Part shown: positions 56,976 through 64,000 of the stretch, piece by piece
Position numbering within the stretch: position 1 is the stretch's first letter
Layout of the letters: each line of letters opens with the position of its first letter
From: Roseibium sp.
GTDB lineage: Bacteria; Pseudomonadota; Alphaproteobacteria; Rhizobiales; Stappiaceae
Strand: one strand, 5' to 3'
Assembly: GCF_965140465.1 (NCBI RefSeq)
Contig: NZ_OZ223238.1
DNA length: 64,000 nt
Translations under genes and position numbers: made by a program
The notes under the pieces: model-generated
The model's database searches: none
Seen by the model: only the letters and a program-made list of their open reading frames with translations
What the model was told of the DNA's origin: nothing

Positions 56976-58234
56976 CCGGTCTTTTCATTCTCCTCCTCTA
57001 CGCCGCCCTCTTTTTCATCGGCTACCTGATCGTCCACTATGTGCGCACGCTCAGCCGTCCCAAACAGAGCCTGACCAGCCTGAAAACGGTGACCTTCGGG
57101 GATGAAAGCGCCATTCGCCCGGATCGGGCCGCATCGGTCATATCGGTGATCGTTATCTTCCTGATCTGGGGGGCTTTCACAGGGTCCAAATGGGTCCCCA
57201 TCCACATGCCCGGCCCCTTTGTCGGTGAAACGAGCTTCACCTACACGGCCACCGATGCGACCGGCCAGTCGGACACCGCAGAGGTGCGCGTCAGCGTCCA
57301 TGAAGTCGGCAAGAAGGTCGATGCGCCCGAGGTCGAGGCGAAAGACGGACATGCACAGCATGATTCCGCAGCCGTCGGTGCCTGGCGGTCCGTTCTGGTG
57401 AAGGTCACCCGCAATGATGGCGAAGGTGCCGAGGTCACCGCCGTCAACGGCACGGCGATCGCACCCGGTGAAACCGTCTCGGTTGAAAATGGTGACGTAA
57501 CCATGACACCAAAGGGATCGCTCTACTTCCACCCTTCCAAGGGGTTGCAGATGGAGCCGATCTGGATGCCGTCTCCCGAAGCCGTGGTGAAGCGTTTCGC
57601 CGAAATCGCATCTGCCGGCTATCAGAACTTCACGCTCTGGGAACATCTCGGCTGGTCACTGATGCGCGTGGTCGTGGGCTTCTTCCTGGGTGCACTGATC
57701 GGCATCCCGCTCGGCTATGCCATGGGATTGTCGAACTGGGTACGCGGCTGGTTTGATCCGATCGTTGAATTCATGCGCCCGGTCCCGCCACTGGCGCTGA
57801 TCCCGCTGGTCATCATCTGGTTCGGCATCTGGGAAACCGGCAAGATCGTGCTTCTGTTCCTCGCAGCGCTCTGGATCATGACGATTGCAGCCCGGGCCGG
57901 TGTCTCAGGCGTCAACATATCCAAGGTTCATGCCGCCTATTCGCTCGGGGCGACCAAGTCACAGGTTCTGCGTTACGTCATCGTGCCCAACTCGCTCCCG
58001 GAAATCTTCACGGGTGCCCGTGTTGCCATGGGGGTTTGTTGGGGAACCGTGGTTGCGGCCGAACTTGTCGCTGCCCAGAAGGGTGCCGGGATGATGATCA
58101 TCGCAGCCTCGAAATTCCAGCTCACGGATATCGTCATCATGGGGATCATCCTGATCGGAATTGTCGGCTACAGCATCGACATCCTGATGCGGTTCGCCGA
58201 GCGGATCCTCGTGCCCTGGAAGGGACACTCGTAG
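56972..58234 (+). CDS. tauC: Taurine/sulfonate ABC transporter permease with an extra N-terminal helix and a roughly 115-aa periplasmic insertion
   Basis: 420-aa ORF (ATGA overlap with tauB). The C-terminal roughly 225 aa align with my memory of E. coli TauC (TLWEHLGWSL..., FMRPVPPLALIPLVIIWFGIWETGKI, the EAA-loop region). Residues about 83-196 have no TauC counterpart. Confidence 0.85.
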   Translation: MTGLFILLLYAALFFIGYLIVHYVRTLSRPKQSLTSLKTVTFGDESAIRPDRAASVISVIVIFLIWGAFTGSKWVPIHMPGPFVGETSFTYTATDATGQSDTAEVRVSVHEVGKKVDAPEVEAKDGHAQHDSAAVGAWRSVLVKVTRNDGEGAEVTAVNGTAIAPGETVSVENGDVTMTPKGSLYFHPSKGLQMEPIWMPSPEAVVKRFAEIASAGYQNFTLWEHLGWSLMRVVVGFFLGALIGIPLGYAMGLSNWVRGWFDPIVEFMRPVPPLALIPLVIIWFGIWETGKIVLLFLAALWIMTIAARAGVSGVNISKVHAAYSLGATKSQVLRYVIVPNSLPEIFTGARVAMGVCWGTVVAAELVAAQKGAGMMIIAASKFQLTDIVIMGIILIGIVGYSIDILMRFAERILVPWKGHS

Positions 58235-58307
58235 GAGAGGATCAGGGCTCAACCGGTCGTGCTGGTTGGCAACGTCTCCAAATCCGAACGACAGGCTGGC
58301 TGAATGC

Positions 58308-58350
58308 AAAACCCCACCCGCTTCACCAAGGTGACGCGGGTGGGGTTTTT
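58308..58350. terminator. Bidirectional rho-independent terminator between tauC and the His-rich protein gene
   Basis: AAAA-CCCCACCCGC-(loop with inner TCACC/GGTGA pairing)-GCGGGTGGGG-TTTTT. Confidence 0.75.
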
Positions 58351-58373
58351 CGGTTTGAAATTCGTGGCCTGCG

Positions 58374-58727
58374 TCAAGCCGTTTCCAGCGGCCCATGATC
58401 ATCACAATGACCATCATGGGGATGATGCAATCGGCCATTCACGAGATAGCAGATGTGACCACCATGTGGCACGGCCTCGTGCCCACAGCCCGGCCCGTGC
58501 ACATGTTCAGGATCATGACCAAGGTCACCCGCGGACACCGGTGCGCAGCCCTCCGGGTTGGTGTCTGAAACTTCAATTACATGTTCCTCGACACGGTCCC
58601 CGTCCTGGTGATGCAAGTGCCCGTCGTGAAGATAGTCCACGTGATCACCATGGCGCACAGCGGTGTGGCCACAATTGGGGCCGTGAACGTGGCTGTGATC
58701 TCCGTTTCGCGGGTTGTTGTTCGTCAC
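58374..58727 (-). CDS. Small cytoplasmic His/Cys-rich protein built from two 28-aa repeats; putative metal-binding/buffering protein
   Basis: 117-aa ORF. The GTG start follows GGAAGGAGA at a 6-nt spacing and lies 19 nt after the arsR-family stop. By my count it has about 22 His and 5 Cys. Its repeats are HVHGPNCGHTAVRHGDHVDYLHDGHLHH and HVHGPGCGHEAVPHGGHICYLVNGRLHH. Confidence 0.7.
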   Translation of the reverse strand: MTNNNPRNGDHSHVHGPNCGHTAVRHGDHVDYLHDGHLHHQDGDRVEEHVIEVSDTNPEGCAPVSAGDLGHDPEHVHGPGCGHEAVPHGGHICYLVNGRLHHPHDGHCDDHGPLETA

Positions 58728-58746
58728 GACTTATCTCCTTCCAGTT

Positions 58747-59112
58747 CTAGACAAGGGATGGGTCCTCTGCCGCATGATCCAGTATGTCGCGCAGGAGATG
58801 CACAACATGATCATCGGCAAGGGTGTAGTAGATATGCTTTGCTTCCCGGCGTTTGCTGACCAGCCGTGCAGCATGTAGCTGTTTCAAACGCGCAGAGACC
58901 GTGGCGATCTTTTCGTCTTCTGCTTCTGCAAGTTCGGTGACACACCTTTCGCCGTTTGCCAACAACAGCATGATACGCAAACGCGCCGGATCACCGGCGG
59001 CCCGCAGCATCATTGCTGCAGCTTCAATGTTTGCCCGTGGTGGCAAGGTGGTGCTCTCACGCTGCGTATGTGCATCGGGGGAGCAGTCAGGCAGATCAGT
59101 CAATGGGGCCAC
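58747..59112 (-). CDS. ArsR/SmtB-family metalloregulator with an alpha5 (SmtB/CzrA-type) zinc site
   Basis: 121-aa ORF with the wHTH ARLRIMLLLANGERCVTELAEAEDEKIATVSARLKQLHAARLV. The C-terminal DDHVVHLLRDILDHAAE reproduces the SmtB D-x-H-x10-H-x2-E ligand spacing. Confidence 0.85.
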   Translation of the reverse strand: MAPLTDLPDCSPDAHTQRESTTLPPRANIEAAAMMLRAAGDPARLRIMLLLANGERCVTELAEAEDEKIATVSARLKQLHAARLVSKRREAKHIYYTLADDHVVHLLRDILDHAAEDPSLV

Positions 59113-59123
59113 TTTTATTTTTC

Positions 59124-59145
59124 CATTCTATCGAATGATAGAATG
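59124..59145. promoter_or_regulatory. 9-4-9 perfect palindrome CATTCTATC-GAAT-GATAGAATG; candidate operator of the ArsR/SmtB regulator
   Basis: Located 12 bp upstream of the regulator start codon in an AT-rich stretch. Confidence 0.55.
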
Positions 59146-59281
59146 ACACAAAAAATCCGCGATCTCAAGCCAGTCAGGAACGGGGCTCATCAAAGGCTGG
59201 AAACTGGCAACTCGATAGCGCTGAGATGTCCCCAACGCGGGCCTCGGTCATGGCCTGCCATTCCGACGAAAACTCAGGTCA

Positions 59282-59306
59282 CCAACACGCAAGTCCTGCG
59301 TGTTGG
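59282..59306 (-). terminator. 10-bp perfect hairpin downstream of the COG0523 operon; weak terminator candidate
   Basis: CCAACACGCA-AGTCC-TGCGTGTTGG. On the minus strand a short GTTTTCG lies 9 nt after the stem, so it is not a textbook terminator. Confidence 0.3.
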
Positions 59307-59391
59307 CACGGATTGTGTTCCAGAGGTTTTGGTGTCTGGCCTTCGACGCACTTGCAAAGAGGAACGCTAACTGCAGCAGAACCACGCATGG

Positions 59392-59676
59392 TCACTGTGA
59401 CTGTGAAAGCGTTTGCACCACCTCTGCAACAGCCTCTTTTGTCACTTCATTCATGTGCGTATGCACCCGGAGCGTTACGATCGGTTTTTCAGGTTCAAGA
59501 ACACCAATAACGGTTTCGATGTCCGGACAGCCATCGTCGCGGCAAGCCAGTTCGGCCACGGTGACCGGGCAATCCTCCTGCAACGCCATCTGCTCCCTTA
59601 CCCAGCTCTTTATCTCCGTCGACTTTGACTTCAAACGGGTGAATTTCGGGGCAAGAGGATTGTTGAATCCGGTCAT
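59392..59676 (-). CDS. Small conserved-looking hypothetical protein (94 aa, three Cys), translationally coupled to the COG0523 GTPase
   Basis: I trimmed the track ORF to ATG 59676, which forms an ATGA overlap with the upstream stop. The sequence contains [18 protein letters not shown] do not recognise the family. Confidence 0.55.
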   Translation of the reverse strand: MTGFNNPLAPKFTRLKSKSTEIKSWVREQMALQEDCPVTVAELACRDDGCPDIETVIGVLEPEKPIVTLRVHTHMNEVTKEAVAEVVQTLSQSQ

Positions 59677-60662
59677 GCTCCTGCCATTTCCGGCATGGCG
59701 AAACACTGCCTGAAACCCTCTTCAATGGTGTTGCGCGGGAGGTCCCGCCCAATGAAGACCATTCGGGTTGTCCGCGGCTCCTCCGGCGACCAGGGGCGTT
59801 GATGATTTCCTTCCAGCAACATGTGGACACCCTGCATTACAAAGCGATCATCATCGTCTTCGAAGGCAATGATTCCCTTCATGCGCAACATGTCGGGGCC
59901 AAAGGTCTGGGCGACCGACTGGATCCACGGAAAGAAACGCTGCGGATCGAGCGGCGTGTCGCTCAGGAGCGAGAAGCTGGTCACATGATCGTCGTGATGG
60001 TGATGGTGGCCGTGCTTAAGGAACTCCGGTTCAATCTCAAGCACACGATCAAGGCTGAACGCATCGCGACCGAGAACGTCCTCCAGCGCGACATGGCATC
60101 GTTCACTGCGGATGATCTTCGCTGTCGGATTGATTGCGCGTATGCGCGCCTCCACCTGCGCAATGTCTTCTTCGCCGACGAGGTCAATCTTGTTCAGGAG
60201 AACCAGATCGGCGAATGCCAGCTGCTCTTGCGCTTCATGGGCTCTGTCGATCTCGTCGAGCAAGTGTTTGGCATCGACCACGGTCACAATTGCATCAAGC
60301 TTCGTTTTCGCCTGAACGTCTTCGTCCATGAAGAATGTCTGCGCCACGGGAGCCGGGTCTGCGAGACCCGTGGTCTCGATCAGGATGGCATCGAAGTGGC
60401 CTTGGCGTTTCATCAGCCCGTCAATGATGCGAATGAGATCGCCACGCACGGTGCAACAAATGCAGCCGTTGTTCATTTCAAAGATTTCTTCGTCTGAATC
60501 CACGACGAGATCATTGTCGATCCCGATTTCACCAAACTCATTCACAATCACCGCATATCGTTTGCCGTGATTTTCGGTGAGAATGCGATTGAGCAACGTG
60601 GTTTTGCCTGCGCCAAGATAACCCGTGAGTACGGTGACGGGTGTCTGCTTCAAATCATTCAT
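59673..60662 (-). CDS. COG0523-family G3E GTPase (CobW/ZigA/YeiR-type zinc metallochaperone-like) with a His stretch
   Basis: 329-aa ORF with the P-loop [12 protein letters not shown], the metal motif GCICCT, the NKID switch region LLNKIDL and the His-rich linker [10 protein letters not shown] before the CobW_C domain. Confidence 0.9.
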   Translation of the reverse strand: MNDLKQTPVTVLTGYLGAGKTTLLNRILTENHGKRYAVIVNEFGEIGIDNDLVVDSDEEIFEMNNGCICCTVRGDLIRIIDGLMKRQGHFDAILIETTGLADPAPVAQTFFMDEDVQAKTKLDAIVTVVDAKHLLDEIDRAHEAQEQLAFADLVLLNKIDLVGEEDIAQVEARIRAINPTAKIIRSERCHVALEDVLGRDAFSLDRVLEIEPEFLKHGHHHHHDDHVTSFSLLSDTPLDPQRFFPWIQSVAQTFGPDMLRMKGIIAFEDDDDRFVMQGVHMLLEGNHQRPWSPEEPRTTRMVFIGRDLPRNTIEEGFRQCFAMPEMAGA

Positions 60663-61837
60663 TGCGACCTCCGAGACGTGTCGGTGAAATTGGAAAACTT
60701 GCGGGAAATCGACGTTCTCAGAACGCCTCCCGCGTTTTTGAGCGAGTTAACAAGCGAAAACGGAGCCTTTTCGAGTATCGCGGTAAACAGATCACGCACC
60801 GGTTCGGGATCGATCCCGTCCATGATGAACACAAGGCGTGTTCGGTGGTCTTCATCGGGCCAGGCAGGCAACCGGTTGGGCTTCGATACGGTGTGCTGGA
60901 CCGCATGGACAATCAGCGGCGCTTCCGGGCTTTCTTCGGTGGCGACGATCCCTTTCACACGCAACAGGCGCTGTCCGGCCGAGTTTTGGAGAAGGGACAG
61001 AAAGCGGTGAAATCGTTTCTCCGAGAGAGGGGTATCGCTGACAATGCTGAATGTTCGAATGCCATCTCCGTGCCTTGAAGACGAGCTGTGTCCGCTGGCT
61101 CGGTGGGCGTGTCCGGCATCCTGGGCCAGTACGGTTTCCAACGCCAACCACCCGGCCACGTCTTCTCCGCGGTCGATTTCCGAATAGGGCCGCGGTGAGA
61201 AAAGGCTCATCAGGTCGACGGTTTGACGGTCGATAATTTCCGCGCTTGCATTGAGTTCACGCAGTCCCTGTGTCAGCGAGACGCTGTCAGTGGCGACGTT
61301 CGTGTTCGTCGTCATGTCCGTTTTGGTCAGAACGATCTGATCCGCAAATGCGAGCTGTTTCAGCGCCTCGAAATGGTTCTCGACCGTCGCCGTCCCGGCA
61401 ATCGTGTCGAACAGGGTAACGACGCCTGCAAGGAAGAATTCAGGACTGTTGGTATCGTCCCGGTTTCCCGGTTCCGTGCCGGTGTTGGCGGCAAATGCAT
61501 TCACCAGCGGCGCCGGGTCGCCGAGCCCGCTCATCTCGACAATGACCCGCGCAAACTTGCCGGTCAGCCCCTCGGATACTGCATCCTCGAGATCAGCGAG
61601 TGTTTGACGAATGTCCGTTGAATCCGAGCAACACAAGCAGCCAGTGGAAATCTGGCTGATCGTTGTTTGCCCCTGTCGCACGAGCAAGTGATCAACCGAC
61701 ACGTCTCCGAACTCGTTGATGATCACAGCCGTGTCCTTGACGGAAGGATCTCCGAGGAATTCGTTCAGTAGCGTGGACTTGCCTGCACCCAGGAACCCAC
61801 TCAGCAAGAAAACTGGAATTCGGTCAGGAAGTACCAT
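60659..61837 (-). CDS. Second, longer COG0523-family GTPase paralog
   Basis: 392-aa ORF with the P-loop [12 protein letters not shown], the metal motif GCLCCS, LTKTDM and the His-containing linker [17 protein letters not shown]. It forms an ATGA overlap with the downstream paralog. Confidence 0.85.
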   Translation of the reverse strand: MVLPDRIPVFLLSGFLGAGKSTLLNEFLGDPSVKDTAVIINEFGDVSVDHLLVRQGQTTISQISTGCLCCSDSTDIRQTLADLEDAVSEGLTGKFARVIVEMSGLGDPAPLVNAFAANTGTEPGNRDDTNSPEFFLAGVVTLFDTIAGTATVENHFEALKQLAFADQIVLTKTDMTTNTNVATDSVSLTQGLRELNASAEIIDRQTVDLMSLFSPRPYSEIDRGEDVAGWLALETVLAQDAGHAHRASGHSSSSRHGDGIRTFSIVSDTPLSEKRFHRFLSLLQNSAGQRLLRVKGIVATEESPEAPLIVHAVQHTVSKPNRLPAWPDEDHRTRLVFIMDGIDPEPVRDLFTAILEKAPFSLVNSLKNAGGVLRTSISRKFSNFTDTSRRSQ

Positions 61838-61894
61838 GGACTACAGGTCGCCTTGGGTTGACTGGTTTGCTTGAGCTCAAATGCCTTGCCGCTT

Positions 61895-62317
61895 TCAGAT
61901 ACAACGCGAGGAATGATGCCCGGAGATCCGCCAATCCCCGCCTGTTCTTTCAAAAGTGAACAGGAACCTTGCAGGAACTGTTTCCGGGCCGGTACTTCTT
62001 TGGAACAAGAAGGAATAGATCCCGGCAATCGCAACCGTGCAACGCTTGTGGTCAATCCGGATCTTTTCGCTGTTGATCGTGCATTCGGCTTTGCCGTTTG
62101 AAAGAAAGAACTCAAAATAGCGACGACGTCCGGCCTCATCGGAAACGATCTCGTTCGACAAGGTCGGCACCAGAATTGCGTCCGGTGCATAGAGCGCCAA
62201 AATACCCTCCACGCGACCTACCGCGACTGCCTCGGTCCATTGTCTCAAGGTTGTCCGCGCCGCCTCAATATCAGAGGTTTCATCGGTTTGTGACTGGTTG
62301 ACGACACTTTGTTGCAA
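61895..62317 (-). CDS. SnoaL/DUF4440-like (NTF2-fold) small protein, first gene of the COG0523 operon
   Basis: 140-aa ORF. The pattern WTEAVAVGRVEGILALYAPDAILVP...ARFLFTFERTGGDWRISGHHSS resembles SgcJ/EcaC/CaMKII-association-type NTF2 folds. Function unknown. Confidence 0.6.
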   Translation of the reverse strand: MQQSVVNQSQTDETSDIEAARTTLRQWTEAVAVGRVEGILALYAPDAILVPTLSNEIVSDEAGRRRYFEFFLSNGKAECTINSEKIRIDHKRCTVAIAGIYSFLFQRSTGPETVPARFLFTFERTGGDWRISGHHSSRCI

Positions 62318-62417
62318 GTCTTGATCCTGCCCTTGATCACGTTCTTCATATTGCGCGATTTGATGACCACGCAGCCTTCCAAAGGTGCGTTTACAGTCTC
62401 AATTGCTTCGCAACGTT

Positions 62418-62429
62418 ATGTTATAACGT
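62418..62429. promoter_or_regulatory. Zur-box-like motif ATGTTATAACGT upstream of the COG0523 operon
   Basis: 11/12 match to the palindrome ATGTTATAACAT (the ATGTTATA half-site is the core of proteobacterial Zur boxes). It is embedded in ACGTTAT-GTT-ATAACGT (62413-62429), 96-112 bp upstream of the 62317 start. Confidence 0.45.
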
Positions 62430-62562
62430 ATTGAGTTCAAATCAAGGCAAGTGGGCTTGTTAGTCCCAGATGATGCAGGGTCAACCAAACCGAGGCCTCA
62501 TGCACGCCGACACGAGGTCAAAGGCACATTTGGTCACCACACAAAATCGTAGATTGACTGTT

Positions 62563-62574
62563 ATGTTATATCAT
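62563..62574. promoter_or_regulatory. Second Zur-box-like motif ATGTTATATCAT upstream of folE
   Basis: 11/12 match to ATGTTATAACAT. It shares the 11-mer GTTATGTTATA with the first site (62415-62425 and 62560-62570) and lies 44 bp upstream of ATG 62618. Confidence 0.4.
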
Positions 62575-62617
62575 TGCATTTATGTCGCCCGATCAAACGA
62601 CAGAGGTTGTGAGACAT

Positions 62618-63256
62618 ATGACTTATGCTGCGACTGTTGCAGCCATGGCAGAGTATCGACGGGAACACGGGTTGCGCCCGTCCCGTGCTGATGCCGAAGC
62701 AGCTGTTCGGGTCCTGCTTGAGTGGAGCGGCGACAATCCGGACCGCGAGGGACTCGTTGACACTCCGGCGCGCGTTGTTCGCGCTTACGAAGAATTCTTC
62801 GAAGGGTACAATATCGATCCTGCGGAACTGCTGGCCCGCACGTTCGAAGAGACAAATGATTACAATGATCTCATCGTGCTCCGGAACATGCGGCTGGAAT
62901 CGCACTGCGAACACCATGTCGTGCCGATCATTGGCAAGGTGCATGTCGCCTACCTACCGGCCAACCGTGTTGTTGGTATCAGCAAACTGGCCCGTGTCGT
63001 GGAAGTTTTCGCAAAGCGGCTTCAAATCCAGGAAACCCTGACCTCTCAGGTTGCCGACACCATCCAGGAGGTGCTGCAACCTCGCGGCGTCGCCGTTGTT
63101 GTCGAAGCGGCGCACATGTGCATGACCACCCGCGGCATCAAGAAGCCGGGCGTTTCCATGATGACCCGACGCCTGCTGGGCGAATTTCAAACGGATGCTG
63201 AACTTCGAAGAGACTTTCTGTCTTCGATCAGTGGTTACAAAGGCGAGAACGTGTGA
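62618..63256 (+). CDS. folE: GTP cyclohydrolase I, type IA (zinc-dependent FolE)
   Basis: Motifs [15 protein letters not shown], the zinc-ligand motif [21 protein letters not shown], and [10 protein letters not shown]...RLQIQE. I chose ATG 62618, which follows GAGG; the track start ATG 62582 is possible. Confidence 0.85.
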   Translation: MTYAATVAAMAEYRREHGLRPSRADAEAAVRVLLEWSGDNPDREGLVDTPARVVRAYEEFFEGYNIDPAELLARTFEETNDYNDLIVLRNMRLESHCEHHVVPIIGKVHVAYLPANRVVGISKLARVVEVFAKRLQIQETLTSQVADTIQEVLQPRGVAVVVEAAHMCMTTRGIKKPGVSMMTRRLLGEFQTDAELRRDFLSSISGYKGENV

Positions 63257-63732
63257 TGACGACCAACAGTCTTTTCGCAAACCGCGTTTCGGTGGAACAG
63301 GTAGAGGAGGGCAAACTTCTCGCACCGAAATTTGACGCAAATGGTTTGTTGCCTGTCGTGACGACCGATGCCGAATCCGGCGAAGTGCTGATGATGGGCG
63401 TGATGAACGAAGAAGCCCTCACGCTCACGATCAAAACCGGTGAAGCCCATTACTGGAGCCGGAGCCGCAAGTGCCTGTGGCACAAGGGGGCGACCAGCGG
63501 ACTCATCCAGAAGGTTGTCGAATTGCGGATTGACGATGACCAGGACGCCGTTTGGCTGCGTGTTGCCATTGATGGCGGTGCGAGCTGCCACGTCGGCTAC
63601 CGCTCCTGTTTCTATCGCGCGGTACCTGTCGAGGTCGAAAACGGCCCCGTCGAACTACAGTTCACCGAAACGGAAAAAACCTTTGATCCAGTGGAGGTCT
63701 ATGGCGACGCTCCAAACCCGACCCAGTTGTGA
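63256..63732 (+). CDS. hisI: Phosphoribosyl-AMP cyclohydrolase (monofunctional HisI)
   Basis: Motifs [43 protein letters not shown] and [11 protein letters not shown]...[12 protein letters not shown]. The ATG shares one nt with the folE stop (TGATG). Confidence 0.9.
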   Translation: MTTNSLFANRVSVEQVEEGKLLAPKFDANGLLPVVTTDAESGEVLMMGVMNEEALTLTIKTGEAHYWSRSRKCLWHKGATSGLIQKVVELRIDDDQDAVWLRVAIDGGASCHVGYRSCFYRAVPVEVENGPVELQFTETEKTFDPVEVYGDAPNPTQL

Positions 63733-63765
63733 AGAGAAGGTCGAGACTGAGACCGGCTGCAGACA

Positions 63766-64000
63766 TCAGGCTACGCCGAGCTCTTCCTGATAGCCGAACA
63801 GCGCCGGAACGCCTCCGGTGTGGATCATGACAACTTTCTGCCCGGGCCGGATGCGGCCCTCCTTCAGCAGGCCCAGCAGGCCTGCGAAGGTTTTGGCCGT
63901 GTAGACCGGATCAAGGAAGATCCCTTCCTTCTGCGCCATCATCACAAGCGCGGTGCGGGTGCTCTCGCCCAATCGACCGTAGCCGGGTGCCAGCGCCCCA
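63766..64000 (-). CDS. PLP-dependent ACC deaminase / D-cysteine desulfhydrase family protein; C-terminal part only, as the gene continues beyond the window
   Basis: The frame is open to position 64000. The C-terminus EGIFLDPVYTAKTFAGLLGLLKEGRIRPGQKVVMIHTGGVPALFGY is typical of this family. Confidence 0.75.
   Translation of the reverse strand, partial: GALAPGYGRLGESTRTALVMMAQKEGIFLDPVYTAKTFAGLLGLLKEGRIRPGQKVVMIHTGGVPALFGYQEELGVA

Noticed and set aside
58304-58750. 148-aa plus-strand His-rich ORF mirroring the His-rich gene
   Set aside because: CAC/CAT codons read as GTG/ATG on the other strand and vice versa, so both frames look His-rich. Only the minus-strand ORF has a strong RBS, follows the regulator gene and ends before the terminator. 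The plus-strand ORF starts inside the terminator hairpin.
59149-59391. Small plus-strand ORFs (59068-59370, 59226-59510, 59300-59713) between the ArsR gene and the COG0523 operon
   Set aside because: They have no RBS, no recognisable motifs and mutually overlapping frames. Two of them run antisense into the 94-aa gene.
62618-63256. folE as the zinc-independent FolE2 paralog typical of Zur regulons
   Set aside because: The protein has the type IA zinc-ligand motif CEHH and the canonical FolE length. folE-hisI adjacency is, as far as I recall, common housekeeping synteny in alphaproteobacteria.

Overview
This is a gene-dense, high-GC 64-kb segment (my spot counts of 60-nt lines give about 58% GC in typical coding sequence). 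From gene content alone it looks like a marine alphaproteobacterial chromosome. I can support about 53 protein genes. By eye I found no rRNA, tRNA, CRISPR array, transposase or integrase. Contents in order: (1) a non-phosphorylative deoxy-hexose (L-fucose-like) cluster at 1-5585; (2) a chemoreceptor and an orphan binding protein; (3) purine/ureide catabolism in three blocks: allE at 8713, permease-allA-puuE/uraD plus uraH at 16505-20465, and LysR-puuD plus LysR-xdhABC-permease-guaD at 25183-36656. A complete beta-hydroxyaspartate-cycle cluster (bhcR-bhcABCD plus an extra GAPDH-like gene) is embedded among these at 9623-16043; (4) a roughly 3-kb lower-GC insertion carrying a triple-CHASE3 chemoreceptor broken by an in-frame TAG, bracketed by uraH and an in-frame 55-codon uraH relic; (5) a taurine module, tpa-xsc-ackA-soeABC (36657-45472) and tauR-tauABC (53136-58234), linked by repeated CTGGAC(C/T)TA boxes; (6) between those two parts, two DMGDH-type FAD/folate oxidases flanking a non-pyrrolysine MttB-family methyltransferase, with an XRE-cupin regulator and no corrinoid protein; (7) a zinc-homeostasis corner (58374-63732) holding an SmtB-type sensor with a tandem-repeat His/Cys-rich small protein, a four-gene operon with two COG0523 GTPases behind a Zur-box-like motif, and folE-hisI. 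The best candidates for something not yet described are the SmtB/His-rich pair, the corrinoid-less MttB module, the periplasmic Ig-like insertion in TauC and the triple-CHASE3 receptor. All functional calls rest on motif recognition and gene context. I ran no database search.
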